From Chiloscyllium plagiosum (lineage: Eukaryota): a stretch of 20,000 nt of DNA. Under the pieces are notes generated by a model. That model was not told the DNA's origin. It worked only from the letters and a program-made list of their open reading frames with translations, and did not search any database. Of the stretch, positions 19,408 through 20,000 are shown piece by piece; position 1 is the stretch's first letter, and the number at the start of each line of letters is the position of its first letter. The position numbers and the translations under genes are program-made. The stretch is taken from the NCBI RefSeq assembly GCF_004010195.1, contig NC_057720.1, forward strand, positions 17,876,863 through 17,896,862, in the 5' to 3' direction.

Positions 19408-20000
19408 GTAAAAACAATGACTGCAGATGCTGGAAACCAGATTCTGGATCAGTGGTGCCGGAAGAGCACAGCAATTGAGGCAGCATCCGAGGACAGGCAA
19501 AATCGACGTTTCGGGCAAAAGCCCTTCATCAGGAATAAAGGCAGAGAGCCTGAAGCGTGGAGAGATAAGCTAGAGGAGGGTGGGGAGAGAGTAGCATAGA
19601 GTACAATAGGTGAGTGGGGAAGGAGATGAAGGTGATCGGTCAGGGAGGAGAGGGTGGAGTGGATAGGTGGAAAAGGAGCTGGGCAGGTCGGACAAGTCCG
19701 GACAGGTCAAGGGGACAGTGCGGAGCTGCAAGTTTGAAACTAGGATGAGGTGGGGGAAGGGGAAATGAAGAAACTGTTAAAATCCACATTGATGCCCTGG
19801 GGTTGAAGTGTTCCGAGGCGGAAGATGAGGCGCTCTTCCTCCAGGCGTCTGGTGGTGAGGGAGCGGCGGTGGACGAGGCCCAGCACCTCCATATCCTCGG
19901 CAGAGTGGGAGGGGGAGTTGAAATGTTGAGCCACAGGGCCGTTTGGTTGATTGGTGCGGGTGTCTCGGAGATGTTACCTAAAGCGCTCTGCTAGGAGGCG
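19408..20000 (-). mobile_element. Young Penelope-like element 3' end (GIY-YIG C-terminus plus pLTR), continues beyond window
   Basis: Minus frame RLLAERFR*HLRDTRTNQPNGPVAQHFNSPSH...RRLEEERLIFRLGTLQPQGINVDF is a PLE endonuclease end with a premature stop at 19974-19976. Confidence 0.92.
19501..19536 (-). ncRNA. Minimal type I hammerhead ribozyme motif in the Penelope pLTR
   Basis: Minus strand attc CTGATGA a gggc tttt gccc GAAA cg TC gatt: intact core boxes, 4-bp stem II, GUC cleavage triplet. Confidence 0.8.

Noticed and set aside
3555..19994. Remaining 60-120 aa ORFs in the track as independent genes
   Set aside because: They are off-frame or antisense readings of repeats, or chance ORFs without motifs.

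Overview
Eukaryotic genomic DNA, most likely from a shark (inferred from HE1-type V-SINEs, CR1-clade LINEs and Penelope-like elements typical of elasmobranchs). Roughly two thirds of the window is transposon-derived: a degenerate, near-complete CR1 LINE (1-2885, ORF1 esterase end plus broken APE-RT ORF2), many CR1/L2 fragments, tRNA-derived SINEs, four Penelope-like remnants carrying hammerhead-ribozyme motifs (core intact at 19501-19536) and a MULE/Ricksha-like MITE nested in a LINE. The unique AT-rich stretches hold a chain of short, phase-compatible + strand exon candidates (3284-3318, 6834-6882, 11090-11199, 13743-13798, 14878-15025) that the ORF track misses; they would encode a helical protein segment I cannot identify. 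Other notable structures are a ~195-bp inverted duplication with a third partial direct copy (3535-4307) and a clean 23-bp micro-inversion in the LINE endonuclease (538-560). No clearly new biological system is demonstrated. Repeat family names and boundaries come from motif recognition, not database searches.
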